From NCBI GenBank assembly GCA_964106915.2, contig OZ066924.1: a stretch of DNA of 64,000 nucleotides. One strand, given 5' to 3'. Position 1 is the first letter of the stretch. The number at the start of each line of letters is the position of its first letter. The notes beneath the pieces are model-generated. The model saw nothing but the letters and a program-made list of their open reading frames with translations. It was not told the DNA's origin and searched no databases. Shown here piece by piece: positions 26,333 through 37,446 of the stretch. This DNA comes from Podarcis gaigeae (lineage: Eukaryota). The position numbers were made by a program, and so were the translations under genes.

Positions 26333-27581
26333 CATCTCTTTGTGTGAAAAGCCTTTTCAGCTGTTGCTGCGAGGTAGAGGAAGATATTTTTTTCATGAGA
26401 GTGTCATGTGGTAAGCTGCTTACATGCATGGCATTTTTTTTATTCTACAGTTCTCTGCCTACTTCTACTGTATATGAAGTGGAGCTGAACTTCAAATACT
26501 GTTTTGGCTATATTTGGATTGTGGATGTGTACCATAAAATCACTGCGTTCCTGTTTTGCATGTGAATCCTAAATGTGTAGGCAAGCAGAGTTGTTACGTT
26601 TTTGGGTTAGTTTGTTCATGATATGCCAAGAAACCAGAATCATTTGTTTATGCTAGAACTTTTACATTAGGAGTAAAGAAAGGGAAGAATGTGTATCTCC
26701 CCCCTTTTCTTCTCTTCTCTTTGGCTGCCAGCCCCTAGTGTGGAATCAGGCACTAGATAGGAAAGGAATAGAAGTGGGTGCTAATAGCAGTTTTAAGTGC
26801 TCTCCATAGCATGAAAAGTGTTATCAAATCTATAGTTGCAGCAGGCAGCATAGCCAAATGAAAAGATTTTGCATAATTGCTTTGAAAGGCTGTATGGTTG
26901 ACTGGATGAGATTTGCTTTAGTCATATTAGAAAGCTGAATTCTATTTTCAATTCTGCCTGAAACGATATGGAGTTATTTTTTCATTATTGGTGTGTGTGT
27001 GTGTTCTTGCAGAAACAATGTAAAAGTCCTTGTTTGATAAGCAGTGCTTTGTGCAAGAAATGGAACTAGGGTTATTGACTCTTAGCCCGGTGACCTAATA
27101 GAAGTAAAAAAATGCAAACCCTCCTTCTCCTCCTTCTATTCTAATTCTTTCCTTTCTTTTTAATTTCAGTTTGATAGTCCCTGCTTAAATAACTTTGCAA
27201 GTTAAAAAGTGCTTTAAATAATTGGGCTGCTTGGTGAAGGGAAAGTGGTTCCGATTTAAATAAACTGGACTTAGGTTTATTTATTTATTACAATTCTATA
27301 CAGCCCTTCTTCTGAAGATCACAGGGAGGTTTAGAAAAAGCGGGAGTAAGGTCTGATTGAGAAAAAGTGTCGGGGGAACAGGTGTGTCCACCCCATATTT
27401 GAGTGCTGCAATAGCTCAGCTTGGTAGAGCGTGATACTCTTAGGGTCAGGGTCATCGCTTTGAGCCCCATGCTGGAAAAAAATATTATTTCATTGCAGTG
27501 GGTTGGCCTAGATCAGTGTTTCCCAACCTTTTTCTGACTGTGGCCTCCTTTTGACCTTGTTTCCTTGCTGTGCCCCCCCCC

Positions 27582-27712
27582 CATGGGCGTAGCTAAGGGG
27601 GAGCAGGGGGGCAGTTGCCTCCTCCCCAAATAAGTAAAAATCAATACAAATTTGAGGTTCTTCCCTCCCTAACAAAAGCTTGCCCCCCCCCCAAATCCTG
27701 GCTATGCCCATG
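27582..27712. mobile_element. Small hAT-type MITE nested in the larger hAT
   Basis: TIRs CATGGGCGTAGC / GCTATGCCCATG; TSD not clear. Confidence 0.75.
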
Positions 27713-27859
27713 CTTCCTCTCCTACCGGTAGAAAGATAGCTATTAAAATGGTTTTGTTTGTAAACAGAACATGTTTTATTTATAATTTTATGATTCGTAC
27801 AAAATACAATTACATAAAATGATAGGAACATAATTAAATATTGTTGAAGCAGAACAACG

Positions 27860-28028
27860 TAGAATCACAGAGCTGGAAGGAACCCCAAGGGTCATCCTTG
27901 TGGTGGTGCAACTCCCTGCAATGTAGGAAACTCAGCTAAAGCATCCATGACAGATGGCCATCCAACCTCTGTGTAGAAATCTCTAAGGAAGGAGAGTCCA
28001 GAACCTCCTGAGGGAGATCCGTCTTCCA
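27860..28028 (-). mobile_element. CR1 LINE 3' fragment nested in the hAT
   Basis: AGAATCACAGAGCTGGAAGG...CTGCAATGTAGGAAACTCAGCTAAAGCATCCATGACAGATGGCCATCCAACCTC, homologous to 48929-49226. Confidence 0.85.
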
Positions 28029-28220
28029 TGTATTATAAAAAGGAAACAATACTTATTTGACCCCGGTTAATTTGACACAGAGGGAGAAACCTACAGATAC
28101 AGTCCAAAAGGCACACAGGGAGTTCTGTATATATGGGAGAATTTTTAAAAGCAAGTGGCCCTCACTGACCTTGTGCAAAAAGATCTTGCCATCTGGAGGA
28201 ACCCTGACTGCCTAGATAAA

Positions 28221-28263
28221 ACACTATAGCCCCAAACACTATAGCCCCCCACACTATAGCCCC
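28221..28263. repeat. Tandem repeat ACACTATAGCCCC x3 (15-bp period)
   Basis: Copies start at 28221, 28236 and 28251. Confidence 0.9.
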
Positions 28264-28674
28264 CTGGGAGTAAGGTCCACTGAACTCAGTGCGGCTTTCT
28301 CCTAAGTAGACACTTAGTTATTTACTACATGCAAGTTAGCACCATACAACCTTGTTCGGCTAGACGCTTGGGTGGATTGCACCCTGCACTTTGCAGAGTC
28401 AGGCCCAGGCTGCCACTGGGCCCAGATCTGGTGGCAGCAACAAGCAGCTCCGGCTCACCCAGCTCTACCCATTGCCACCCCACCACCTCACTCAGCTAAC
28501 ATGGGGATTTGGGATTGCGGGCCCTACTGGTCAAAATGGGAGCCTCAGTGATTGCCCTCTCCAACCGGAAACAATCCAGGACTGCTCCAAGAAAACACAC
28601 GTGGCAAAAAGGAGTTCTAGGTTCTGGTGTGCTGCTCACTTACCCACTTGTGATTGGCCAAGTGGATAGCCAGT

Positions 28675-29377
28675 TGAAAAAACACGTAAACGTAACAATT
28701 GCAAAGTTATTTACTAGAAACTACTTCTCAAAAATTAGATACAGTTTCTCATAGTGTCAAAATCAACATTGTGACATAATATATTAAAATGTAGCTTATA
28801 CAGCAGACCACCAAGTTCAGTATGTACAAAATACAAATCCTATTTTGTCAGTGCTGTAATACATTCATTTCTAATTTCTTCATCTTCTCTTGTATTTTTC
28901 TGTCTGATGTATTCCTTAGAAGAGTGACATGAAATAATCTTCTAAATGTCTAATGAAGATGATAAAGTTGGTAGACAAAAGAAACTGGTACTGGTAGATG
29001 CTGGCACAGGGAGACAAGACAAGGATTCCTGGATATTCCCCTGTTTCACCCAAAGGGGCTTCGTCAGCTGTGCATAGTTCTAAATCATATAAACATAGAC
29101 GCTCTGTAATATAATAGCTACACAAATTCCAAAGAAACATACAAGGATATAATAAATGCACATACTGGTACTGTATATAACAGCTACATGGAACTTATTC
29201 ATAATAGGTTCTCAGTCGAGGTAAACCATACAACAAGCCATAAGTGCTGTGGCACACGTGGCAAATGATTGTATAGTAAAGTTAAAGCCTTCACTATTAA
29301 AGAATTCTTTTGCTTGTAATGCAAACCTACACGTGGTGCAGTGTCCACACTTGAAAAGACCTTGTGGTTTTGACTTT
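28675..29377 (-). mobile_element. Internally deleted Neptune-type Penelope-like element (second family), nested in the hAT
   Basis: 16-bp TSD CAAGTGGATAGCCAGT at 28659-28674 and 29378-29393. Minus frame 29376-29242 reads KSKPQGLFKCGHCTTCRFALQAKEFFNSEGFNFTIQSFATCATAL (Neptune-type Cys linker, not in the ORF track). A hammerhead motif lies downstream. Confidence 0.8.
29014..29071 (-). ncRNA. Type I hammerhead ribozyme motif with full stem III
   Basis: ACAG-CUGACGA-A-GCCC(CUUU)GGGU-GAAA-CAGGG...CCUUG-UC-UUGU: core present, stem III ACAGGG/CCUUGU, GUC triplet, stem I ACAG/UUGU. Confidence 0.7.
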
Positions 29378-30111
29378 CAAGTGGATAGCCAGTCAAATCA
29401 GGATTATTAAAAAAAAAAAAATTCCCCCCCCTTCACTTCTCACATCCCTCTGTGGCCTCCTAGCCTCATGCTATGGCCTCCCCATTTACGTAATTTTCAC
29501 CTATTTTCCCCTTGGAATATCCTGGGGGCCCCAGTTGGGAAACACTGGACTAGATGATCCTCATGGTCCCTTCCAACTCTATAATTCCATGATTCTATGA
29601 ACACTCTCCCCTCCAGTGGTTTCCAGCAACTGGTACCCAAGATTTCTCCAATAGCATAGGGTACTGCTCAGTATGTTTTGCTATTTAAAAAAGTGAAGTT
29701 CACTTGACATAAGTAGGGCATATTTTTCTGTTTTTCTCCATATTGTAGGTCCCTGCTGTTTCATAATCCAGGAATGCTTTTTTCTCTCTCCCCCCCCCCC
29801 CGACTTCAAAATTTCCAGGAACTTTACACATCTGTTTTAATTGGGTATCAAGAACAAGTTAATTCTGGACTGTATAGAATATACACTCCTGGAAGTTTCT
29901 GAACAACTGTATGAAAGGTTGACTGTTTTTGAAGCAGGAGACTTGACTAAGTCTCATTTGAATGCTGTGACTTGGAATGCATTCTGTTTTTTCTTTGGAA
30001 GGGGGAAATTGTATAATCCATTGGGAAATCTGTTACTTGCTTACTGAATCAGTTTTGTGATAAACATATTTCTTTAGTAAGAAATCCACATATGTCTTGA
30101 TTTTAAGACAG

Positions 30112-30245
30112 CTGGGATGGGGAAATCCTCCAGATGTTGCTATGCCACAACTCCCATTATCCTTGGTCATTGGTCATGCTTGTTGGGGCTTATGGGAGTT
30201 GGAGTCCAGCAACATCTGGAGCCCCACAGGTTATCACCATTTTTT
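30112..30245. mobile_element. Palindromic hAT MITE
   Basis: CTCCAGATGTTGCT..ACAACTCCCAT ... ATGGGAGTTGGAGTCCAGCAACATCTGGAG. Confidence 0.8.
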
Positions 30246-30361
30246 GCTTAGACAAATGTAGAAAATACTGTGAACATAAAAAATGCACACTTATTTGAAG
30301 CAACTATATCAGAAACTGATACTTGGATAGGGCTTTTTGGTTCCTTTCCAGCTCTGTGATA

Positions 30362-30725
30362 AAGGTAAAGGTAAAGGTACCCCTGCCCGTACGGGCCAGT
30401 CTTGACAGACTCTGGGGTTGTGCGCCCATCTCACTCAAGAGGCCAGGGGCCAGCGCTGTCCGGAGACACTTCCGGGTCACGTGGCCAGCGTGACAAAGCT
30501 GCATCTGGCGAGCCAGAGCTGCACACGGAAACGCCGTTTACCTTTCCGCTGGTAAGCGGTCCCTATTTATCTACTTGCACCCGGAGGTGCTTTCGAACTG
30601 CTAGGTTGGCAGGCGCTGGGACCGAGCAGCGGGAGCGCACCCCGCCACAGGGATTCGAACCGCCGACCTTTCGATCGGCAAGTCCTAGGCGCTGAGGCTT
30701 TAACCCACAGCGCCACCTGCGTCCC
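30362..30725 (-). mobile_element. Sauria SINE (Squam1), full length, young
   Basis: (ACCTTT)n tail; intact B-box GGTTCGAATCCC; CpG-rich; 14-bp TSD CCAGCTCTGTGATA at 30348-30361 and 30726-30739. Confidence 0.95.
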
Positions 30726-32861
30726 CCAGCTCTGTGATACTACACATTAAATCTACATGACTCTTCAAGTTGCTTGTTATCCTTAATTCTGTATTGTGAT
30801 GCCTGTCATCTTTGTGGTTTATCAACAGAAACTCCCTGGACACATTCACCCTTGACACCCAGGCAGAGAGAGAGACTTGGAAGGGCACAAGAGTAACTAG
30901 TTTTTTGTTATGGCAGTTGAGGTTCCTGCTGGTCACAGGGTCCACATCTAATTATCAGGAATGCTGGAGTTGGCTTGAAATCTTGTAGTTGAAGGCAGAC
31001 AGATGACAATATGATGAATTACCTGCTTGGATAGCATTTTTGTGTTTTGTTTTTTGAAGGGGAACCATGCAGATTTCCTGTCCCTGGCCACTTCTTCCAG
31101 GCAAATGTACACACAGTGAGATATAAAATGTGCATGACCATCACATGTGCATACAAGCTGTATGTTTTATTCTCTGTAAAAGTACATTCCATAGAATCTG
31201 CAGGAAACGTGAAACATTGGAAGCATTCCTGATTCAAGCAGAAAATTCCTCAAAGCTGCTTGTTTTTCAGGTTCTTCCTAGTCATCTATTGAGGTCCTCT
31301 ACTGGACACTGATTTCCAGAAAGCTGAAAGATCTTGGTTCCCAGTTAAGATATCATTGCCATTGGGTGATCTGTGGTATCTGCATTGCTGATTTGAGATG
31401 GATGACTGTGCTCAGTTATTCATTTGAAGTTATGTCTAATGTTTCCCTCCCTGATTCTATTTTTTTGCTTGGAGCATCACTGAAGGAATTCAACTGCTGC
31501 TAGGTGCTGTTAAGACATTGGGTGCCTACCAGACTAAAATTTAAGAGGCTTATGATTAAACTGGTAGACTATTGCAATCCAGGCATCTCCTGGTCTAAGG
31601 AAAATCTCATGACCAAAAAGAATTTCAAAATACCATCTAGCAGTGTTTTTGTTTTAAAATAGCATTGGGGTAAGAAGAGGGCACATGAAACCTTTTGTTA
31701 AATTATTGCTGTGTTTCATAACTCATACTTAGTTTTTCGGTCTGAAAGAATTGTTCAGAGTAAGAAGCACCAATAAATCCTAAGAACCATTGGTAAGCTG
31801 CTTTCCATATAAACAGTCCCTTATTTCAAAAGTGTGCCACTGAATCTTAGGTAACTCTGAGTTGAATAAGCTAATCAAAGCAACCGGATGGCTCAAATCC
31901 CTCTTAATGTACTGCTTCGGACACAGTGCATATGCTTTGCAAATAAATACCGAATTAGTGAGCTCCTGCTGGAAGCATTCAGTAAGAACAAGTGATTTGT
32001 CTTGCTTATGAAAGGCACATATATTTTCCCCTTGTAGTTGTTTGTCAGCTTGCACGTTACTTTATTTATGAATTCAGAGAGGGCAATTGCCATTTTTCAG
32101 CTCCTGAGCAGATGTGCTAGAGGCGGTCAAATTGATCAGCAGAAATAGATGCAGCACCATCACCAGGGTTGGGAGGAAGAATGGCTATTGTATTATCTTC
32201 CTCCTCCCCATTTCCTATTAATGACTGCCTTCTGTAAGGCTTTCTCCAGGTTGCAGGATGAAGAAAAGCTGCAAGTTTTCAATTGCTTTGAGGCAGGTAG
32301 TTCCTGCACTAACAGGAGAAGGGCAAAGGCAGCTTTCTGAGAGACACCTCTTTGTTGTAAACTTTTAAAGAGCTATTTAGAAAAGTAGTATTTAATTCTC
32401 TGTGTTAGCTGAAAGCCCACAAGTGCAAAACTATTGTTAATTACAATTATCATACCTCTTGGTAGGTACTTGTTAACTTGTTTTCTGTATGAACAGAGGT
32501 AACGGGGGGGGGGGGGCGGGAGGAGAGAAACGCTTAAGTTGTCAAAATGACAGATTTTGTCAAAATTTTGGATTTGAAGAAAAACAAGATTGGAGGAATA
32601 TTGATTGCGTAAACATTAGTGTTATCCTCTATAGTGCAAGCCCCAGGGAAGTCAGTGAATGTGATTCTCAGGTAAGTTGTTGCCTATAAGGTCTATTCTT
32701 GCAGAAATTATATATGTGGTTCATTTCATTATTGTTTGAAAATTATAGCTTAATTCCAGGGGAATCTCTGGAAAGCTACATGTTAATTTATTTATACAGA
32801 ATTAATATGCAGAATTTCCCCCCTTGCAGGTTTATAATCTGGAAGACATGCTACAAAAATT

Positions 32862-33141
32862 AACATATTCCTTAACTTCTTCAAATGGTCTCATTTTCCA
32901 TTTACCTATTTTCCTTATTAACTTCTCATATGTCACCCATCCCCCTTTCATATTGATTTTTTTCACACTCGTCGCCTCCAATGGCGATAACCAATATGGA
33001 GTTTTTGATTCCAACAGATTTTTATATCTTTCCCACACCTCAATCAATGATCTTCTTATAATGTGGTTTTCGAAACCTTTATGTACACACTTCTTGTCAT
33101 ACCACAAATATGCATGCCACCCAAATCTATTATCAAAACCT
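32862..33141 (-). mobile_element. L1 ORF2 internal fragment
   Basis: GFDNRFGWHAYLWYDK..HKGFENHIIRRSLIEVWERYKNLLESKTPYWLSPLEA is typical of squamate L1 ORF2 downstream of the RT. Confidence 0.8.
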
Positions 33142-33842
33142 AAGCTAAAGTTATTTTTTAAAGCCAGCTTGAATGGAGAGAGTGTTGAAGGGGAGGTATA
33201 GCCCAATGGACCTATTCTCTCAACAGGGTAGAGAGGCCTTGCAGTTCCATTCCTCCCTTTGTTATAGCCTGATAGAATAGCTTCAGCTAGATGACAATTG
33301 AAAGAGAAGTCTGATGGAGGGGTGGTATTTTGGTAAAGCTGTAGATACTCTGCGACCCCATGTAATGTAGACACTCTGTAATGTCTCTATTCCAGATCTT
33401 ACTGTCATACTCCATTTCAATTATCACTGCTTTGTAGCTGTTAGGTATTAAAATGACCTAACCACAGTTCACAAAAATCTGAGTCAACAAAAACATATTC
33501 GACTGATGTTTAAACAGGTAAAATGAGGGGGGGCAAGTGAATCTCCAAGGTGAGAGTATTTCAAGGGTAGGGTGCCACCAGAGAGAAGACCCTGTTTTGT
33601 GTCTTCAAACTGTGAATCTTCAGTGGGACTAGAGGACATGTGAGTGATTTTATCCTCAGGGCTTGTCACCTTTGGGCTAGCGGGCACATTTGGAATTTTG
33701 AAAACTGCTGAGAGTGTAAATTACAAAACATCTGCTGAGAGCAAATTGGCTGTCACATCCAAAAGAGCAGAAAAAGGGAGGACCACAAATGACGATGATG
33801 ATATAAAACAGCAACAGCAATATAAAATAACAGCACTACCAT

Positions 33843-33900
33843 ATTTCTTATACCTGACCTATCTTACTGGGTTACCCTAGCCACTCAGGGCAGCTTCTAG
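33843..33900 (-). mobile_element. L2 3' tail fragment
   Basis: TTATACC..CC.ATCT..CTGGGTTACCCTAGCCACTCAGGGCAGCTTC; reverse-complement match to 48090-48200. Confidence 0.6.
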
Positions 33901-35748
33901 AAATTGATACAGATATGCCTCCCCATCATTGGGAAATAGACACTTATGTAAGCCACTGTCTCACCTGCTTGAAGACAAAAGCTCTTTGCTCCTCTGCTTT
34001 TTTCAGAACAGTTTGGAGGATGGATGTCCATGCTAGTGGAATGTGGGCATGTTCAAGAGTGGGTGGGTGGGTGTGTTTATTGTATGACAGACAGAGGGTG
34101 GTTCTTGACACAGGGGAAAACTCCCCACTATAAATAAGTCAGAAAACAGATCGTTATAGCAAAAGAAAAAGAAAAAGCTCTATGGAAATCACATTTTAGT
34201 TTTTTTCTGCTCTCTGGAGCCATCTGGTGTTGCATGTTTATAGCACATTCAAATTGCCGTTTCTTTACTAATGTAGCTGAGTCCTGACTCCTGAGTCAGT
34301 AAAATTGGGAGCTGAGCAGGAAGAGAAAGCAGTCCCTACTACATTGTGCATTTTTGCATTGAGATAGCTATAGATGTCTCTCTCTCTCTCTTCCTATTTG
34401 CTTTTATGCTGGAATTCCACCCCCCGCCCATAAGTGTAGTTTGGGGAGGAACATAGCATATTTGTGGGTGAATTTCCCCCCTTGTACGTTATTTTTTCTT
34501 CTTCATTTTAGCTAACAGACAAAGCAAACAATTAACACACTTCATATCAGCAGTTTGGAATTGTACAGCTACAAGGCTTCTGAAATTGTAGTTGATGGAT
34601 TAAGCATGTTTGGCTTGCAGCCAAGATCACAAAATCAACATACCCCTCTCCTGCATGCCAAGACCTGCTATCTCGACAAACAGGTAATACTTGTGAAAAA
34701 TGTGGATTTGATGCATTAGGTAACATGAGCAGCTCAATGAGTAGCTTTTATTTCCCTGTTTACTGAAGACTGAAAGCAAGGCATTAGCAGGCAATCAAGA
34801 CTGTATGTTCAAAGCTGCTACCTGGAGATGTTAGTTAAGCATGGCAATGTAGCTTAGGAAGGCATGATCGATAAATGCCCTGATGTGTGATCACAAAGAC
34901 ATAATAGTTATTAGGGTGCATAGGATTATTGAAAATTGGAGGAAATCATAATAAATGGGGCTCTGGATAATTGAGTTCACATTTTCAACTGATTGCTTCT
35001 GCCACTTAATTTCTGTATTTTGAATGAATGAAATAGTAGCAGAAACCATTCTTCAGAACATAAGGCAAGTTGGGGATAAGTTTATTGCATATGCAGGTGT
35101 GATATATGTTTTTACATTTAATTTTAAATTGCTAAAATGGTTTTGCATTTGAAAACCCTTACTTTCTTCATATCTTGGAGGCTTAAGTCATAGTTTCAGC
35201 ATGTTTAGGTGGAGATAAATATTCACTCTTCCCAACTGATGCTGTTCTGTGATGCAAACATTTACAAGAGAGCCTGTCTCCTAGGGAATAACTTGTCACT
35301 CGGCTGCGTGGGAGTTGTGGTTTGGTACTTAGAGGTATATTCTCCTTGTTCAGATTGGCTGTCAGGTGTTTAGGGTTCCCATGGATGTTGTATTTCAAGA
35401 GTTTTGCTCTGCTCAATGTAGTTCTCATAGGAAACACAAAGGCTTAAGTACAGGTACTCAACACTCTTTGTTTTTCTTTTGCAAATTCTAGACTTCCTCT
35501 GCTTTGTTGAACTGTGTTGATTGAATGCTAGTTAGTCCTCTTCTCTGCTTCCTTTCTAGTAAGCACTTGTCTTAGAAGCAGAAGCATTTGTTTTTCAGTC
35601 TAGCATAAAAAACGAGGTGAATACTGGGTGCTGCAGTGGTGCTTCTGTGTGGCCTGAATAGCCAGTCCTGGCACAGATTATAGTCTGTAGCATCTATTTT
35701 TCACTACCTGCATTTGACTTCATATCATTTTAACAGAATGAAGAACCA

Positions 35749-35751
<3 letters not shown>

Positions 35752-35813
<62 letters not shown>

Positions 35814-35814
35814 T
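35752..35814. repeat. (CT)n(GT)n microsatellite
   Basis: Directly visible. Confidence 0.95.
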
Positions 35815-37118
35815 TAGTTCAATGAAACACTTTTCCATGGCAATGAGTTCTGTAATTTCACCTCTCAATTTTCATAGGCTTCTCAGTTCAGTCTCTTCCA
35901 TGGACCACAATTAACTACCCACAAAGATATTTTATTAGCCCACCATTTCTATATAAGTTTATTGTAATTTATGGCATGATGACAGACTGAAGTGGGGAGG
36001 GATGGAAAAGGATACAATCTGAGATTGTTTCTTCATCCTGGAACTGGAAAAGAGGATTGCAGCTAGGCACAAAGTTAGAATTGGTGTAGACATTTAATTG
36101 GCTTCTGAATGGAATGTTCTCGTAAGTGCCTGAAAGTTCACTTACATTTCATCTCATCCTCCCTTCTTTATATGAGTTCATATTTATTTGGAAATTGTGC
36201 AATGAATTGTTGCAATCTTCTTCTTTTTTGGTTGTGCAAATTCTTTTAACTCAGCCCTTTGAAGGCCAGTGAGAAAAAGATGTGTGGCTGAAAGATCTGA
36301 TGCTACAAACGAACACTTAGTTCTTTATCATGTTCTCCCCCTAGTTCCGCATAATGACATTGTGAAATAAGCGTTGCCAGGAAATCCTAGCCAAGTTGGC
36401 AGATGCATTGGAACGCCTGTAACAACATGGACATAGCAAGTGCATTCCATGGCCTCTCCCTTTTTGTGCACTCCCTTTCCTCTTGCCAGCTCTGCACTGC
36501 CTCTCCTCCATCAAAGAGTGATACATTTCCCTGTGATGTTTTCTTGCTTCTCTGAATTTCACCATGCAGATTGATAACTACTGTTCTCTGTTTCCAGCTG
36601 TTTTTGGCTCAAGCCAGCAGTGCCATCCTTTTGTAATTAAATAAGCATTCATAGAACGGTGCTAATTTTCAGCATTGGGTCTTCCATTCACTCAGAATTA
36701 TGTGGTGTTTTCTCTAGTCCACCATTCTTTTTTTCATGATGTTAAACCAGATACTTCAGGATAGCACAGGATAAAGATAGCAAACAAAGGATAAAGCTAA
36801 TAGTCTTCCCCTGTTGCCCCCCGCCCCGCCAGTAACTAGTATTCGTATTCAAAGGCATAAGGTCTCTAAACCTGGAGATTCCATTGAGACTGTGGCCAAT
36901 AGCCATTTATATACCTCCAAACACTTGTACAGTCCCCTTTTAATGCTATCTAACCTTGTAGCCATCACTGCTGAGAATTACACATGATATGCATTGTATG
37001 TCTGTCTTAAACTGTCATATTAAGGGAGACACTTTGTTTTTTCTGTTTCCTTGCCTAGTATAATTTGAGAAAACCTTTATTATGTGCCCTCTTAGTTCTC
37101 CTAGGTATTTAGCCTCTT

Positions 37119-37446
37119 GGGTATGTTTAGCCTGAAGAAGAGGAGACTGAGAGAAGATATGATAGCCATCTTCAAATACCCAAAGGGCTGTCAAATGAAA
37201 GATGGAGGGTAGGACTTGAACTAATGGCTTCAAGGTACAAGAAAGGAGATTCCAACTAAACATCAGGAAGAGCCTTTGGATGGTAAGAGCTGTTCAGCAG
37301 TGGAATGGACTCCCATGAGAGGTGATGAACTCTCCTTCCTTGGAGATTTTTAAGCGGAGGTTGGATACTCATCAGTCATGGATGCTTTAGTTGAGATTCC
37401 TGCATGGCAGGGGTTGGACTCCCTCTCAACTCTACAATTCTATGAT
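37119..37446 (+). mobile_element. CR1 LINE 3' fragment
   Basis: GGTATGTTTAGCCTGAAGAAGAGGAGACTGAGAG (GMFSLKKRRLR) through the CR1 tail CAACTCTACAATTCTATGAT. Confidence 0.88.

Larger units (their letters stand above)
27514..29547. mobile_element. Non-autonomous hAT (Charlie-like) transposon containing nested insertions
   Basis: Perfect 14-bp TIRs CAGTGTTTCCCAAC / GTTGGGAAACACTG; 8-bp TSD GCCTAGAT (27506-27513) and GACTAGAT (29548-29555). Confidence 0.9.
27401..29600 (+). mobile_element. tRNA-Lys-headed, CR1-tailed SINE (Squam2-like), split by a hAT insertion (parts 27401-27513 and 29548-29600)
   Basis: TAGCTCAGCTTGGTAGAGCGTGATACTCTTA...TTTGAGCCCCATGCTGG head; the tail GGGTTGG[C/A]CTAGAT|GATCCTCATGGTCCCTTCCAACTCTATAATTCCATGATTCTATGA resumes after the insertion. 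Confidence 0.85.

Noticed and set aside
28221-28263. CRISPR-like repeat
   Set aside because: Eukaryotic context; simple 15-bp-period tandem repeat with no unique spacers.
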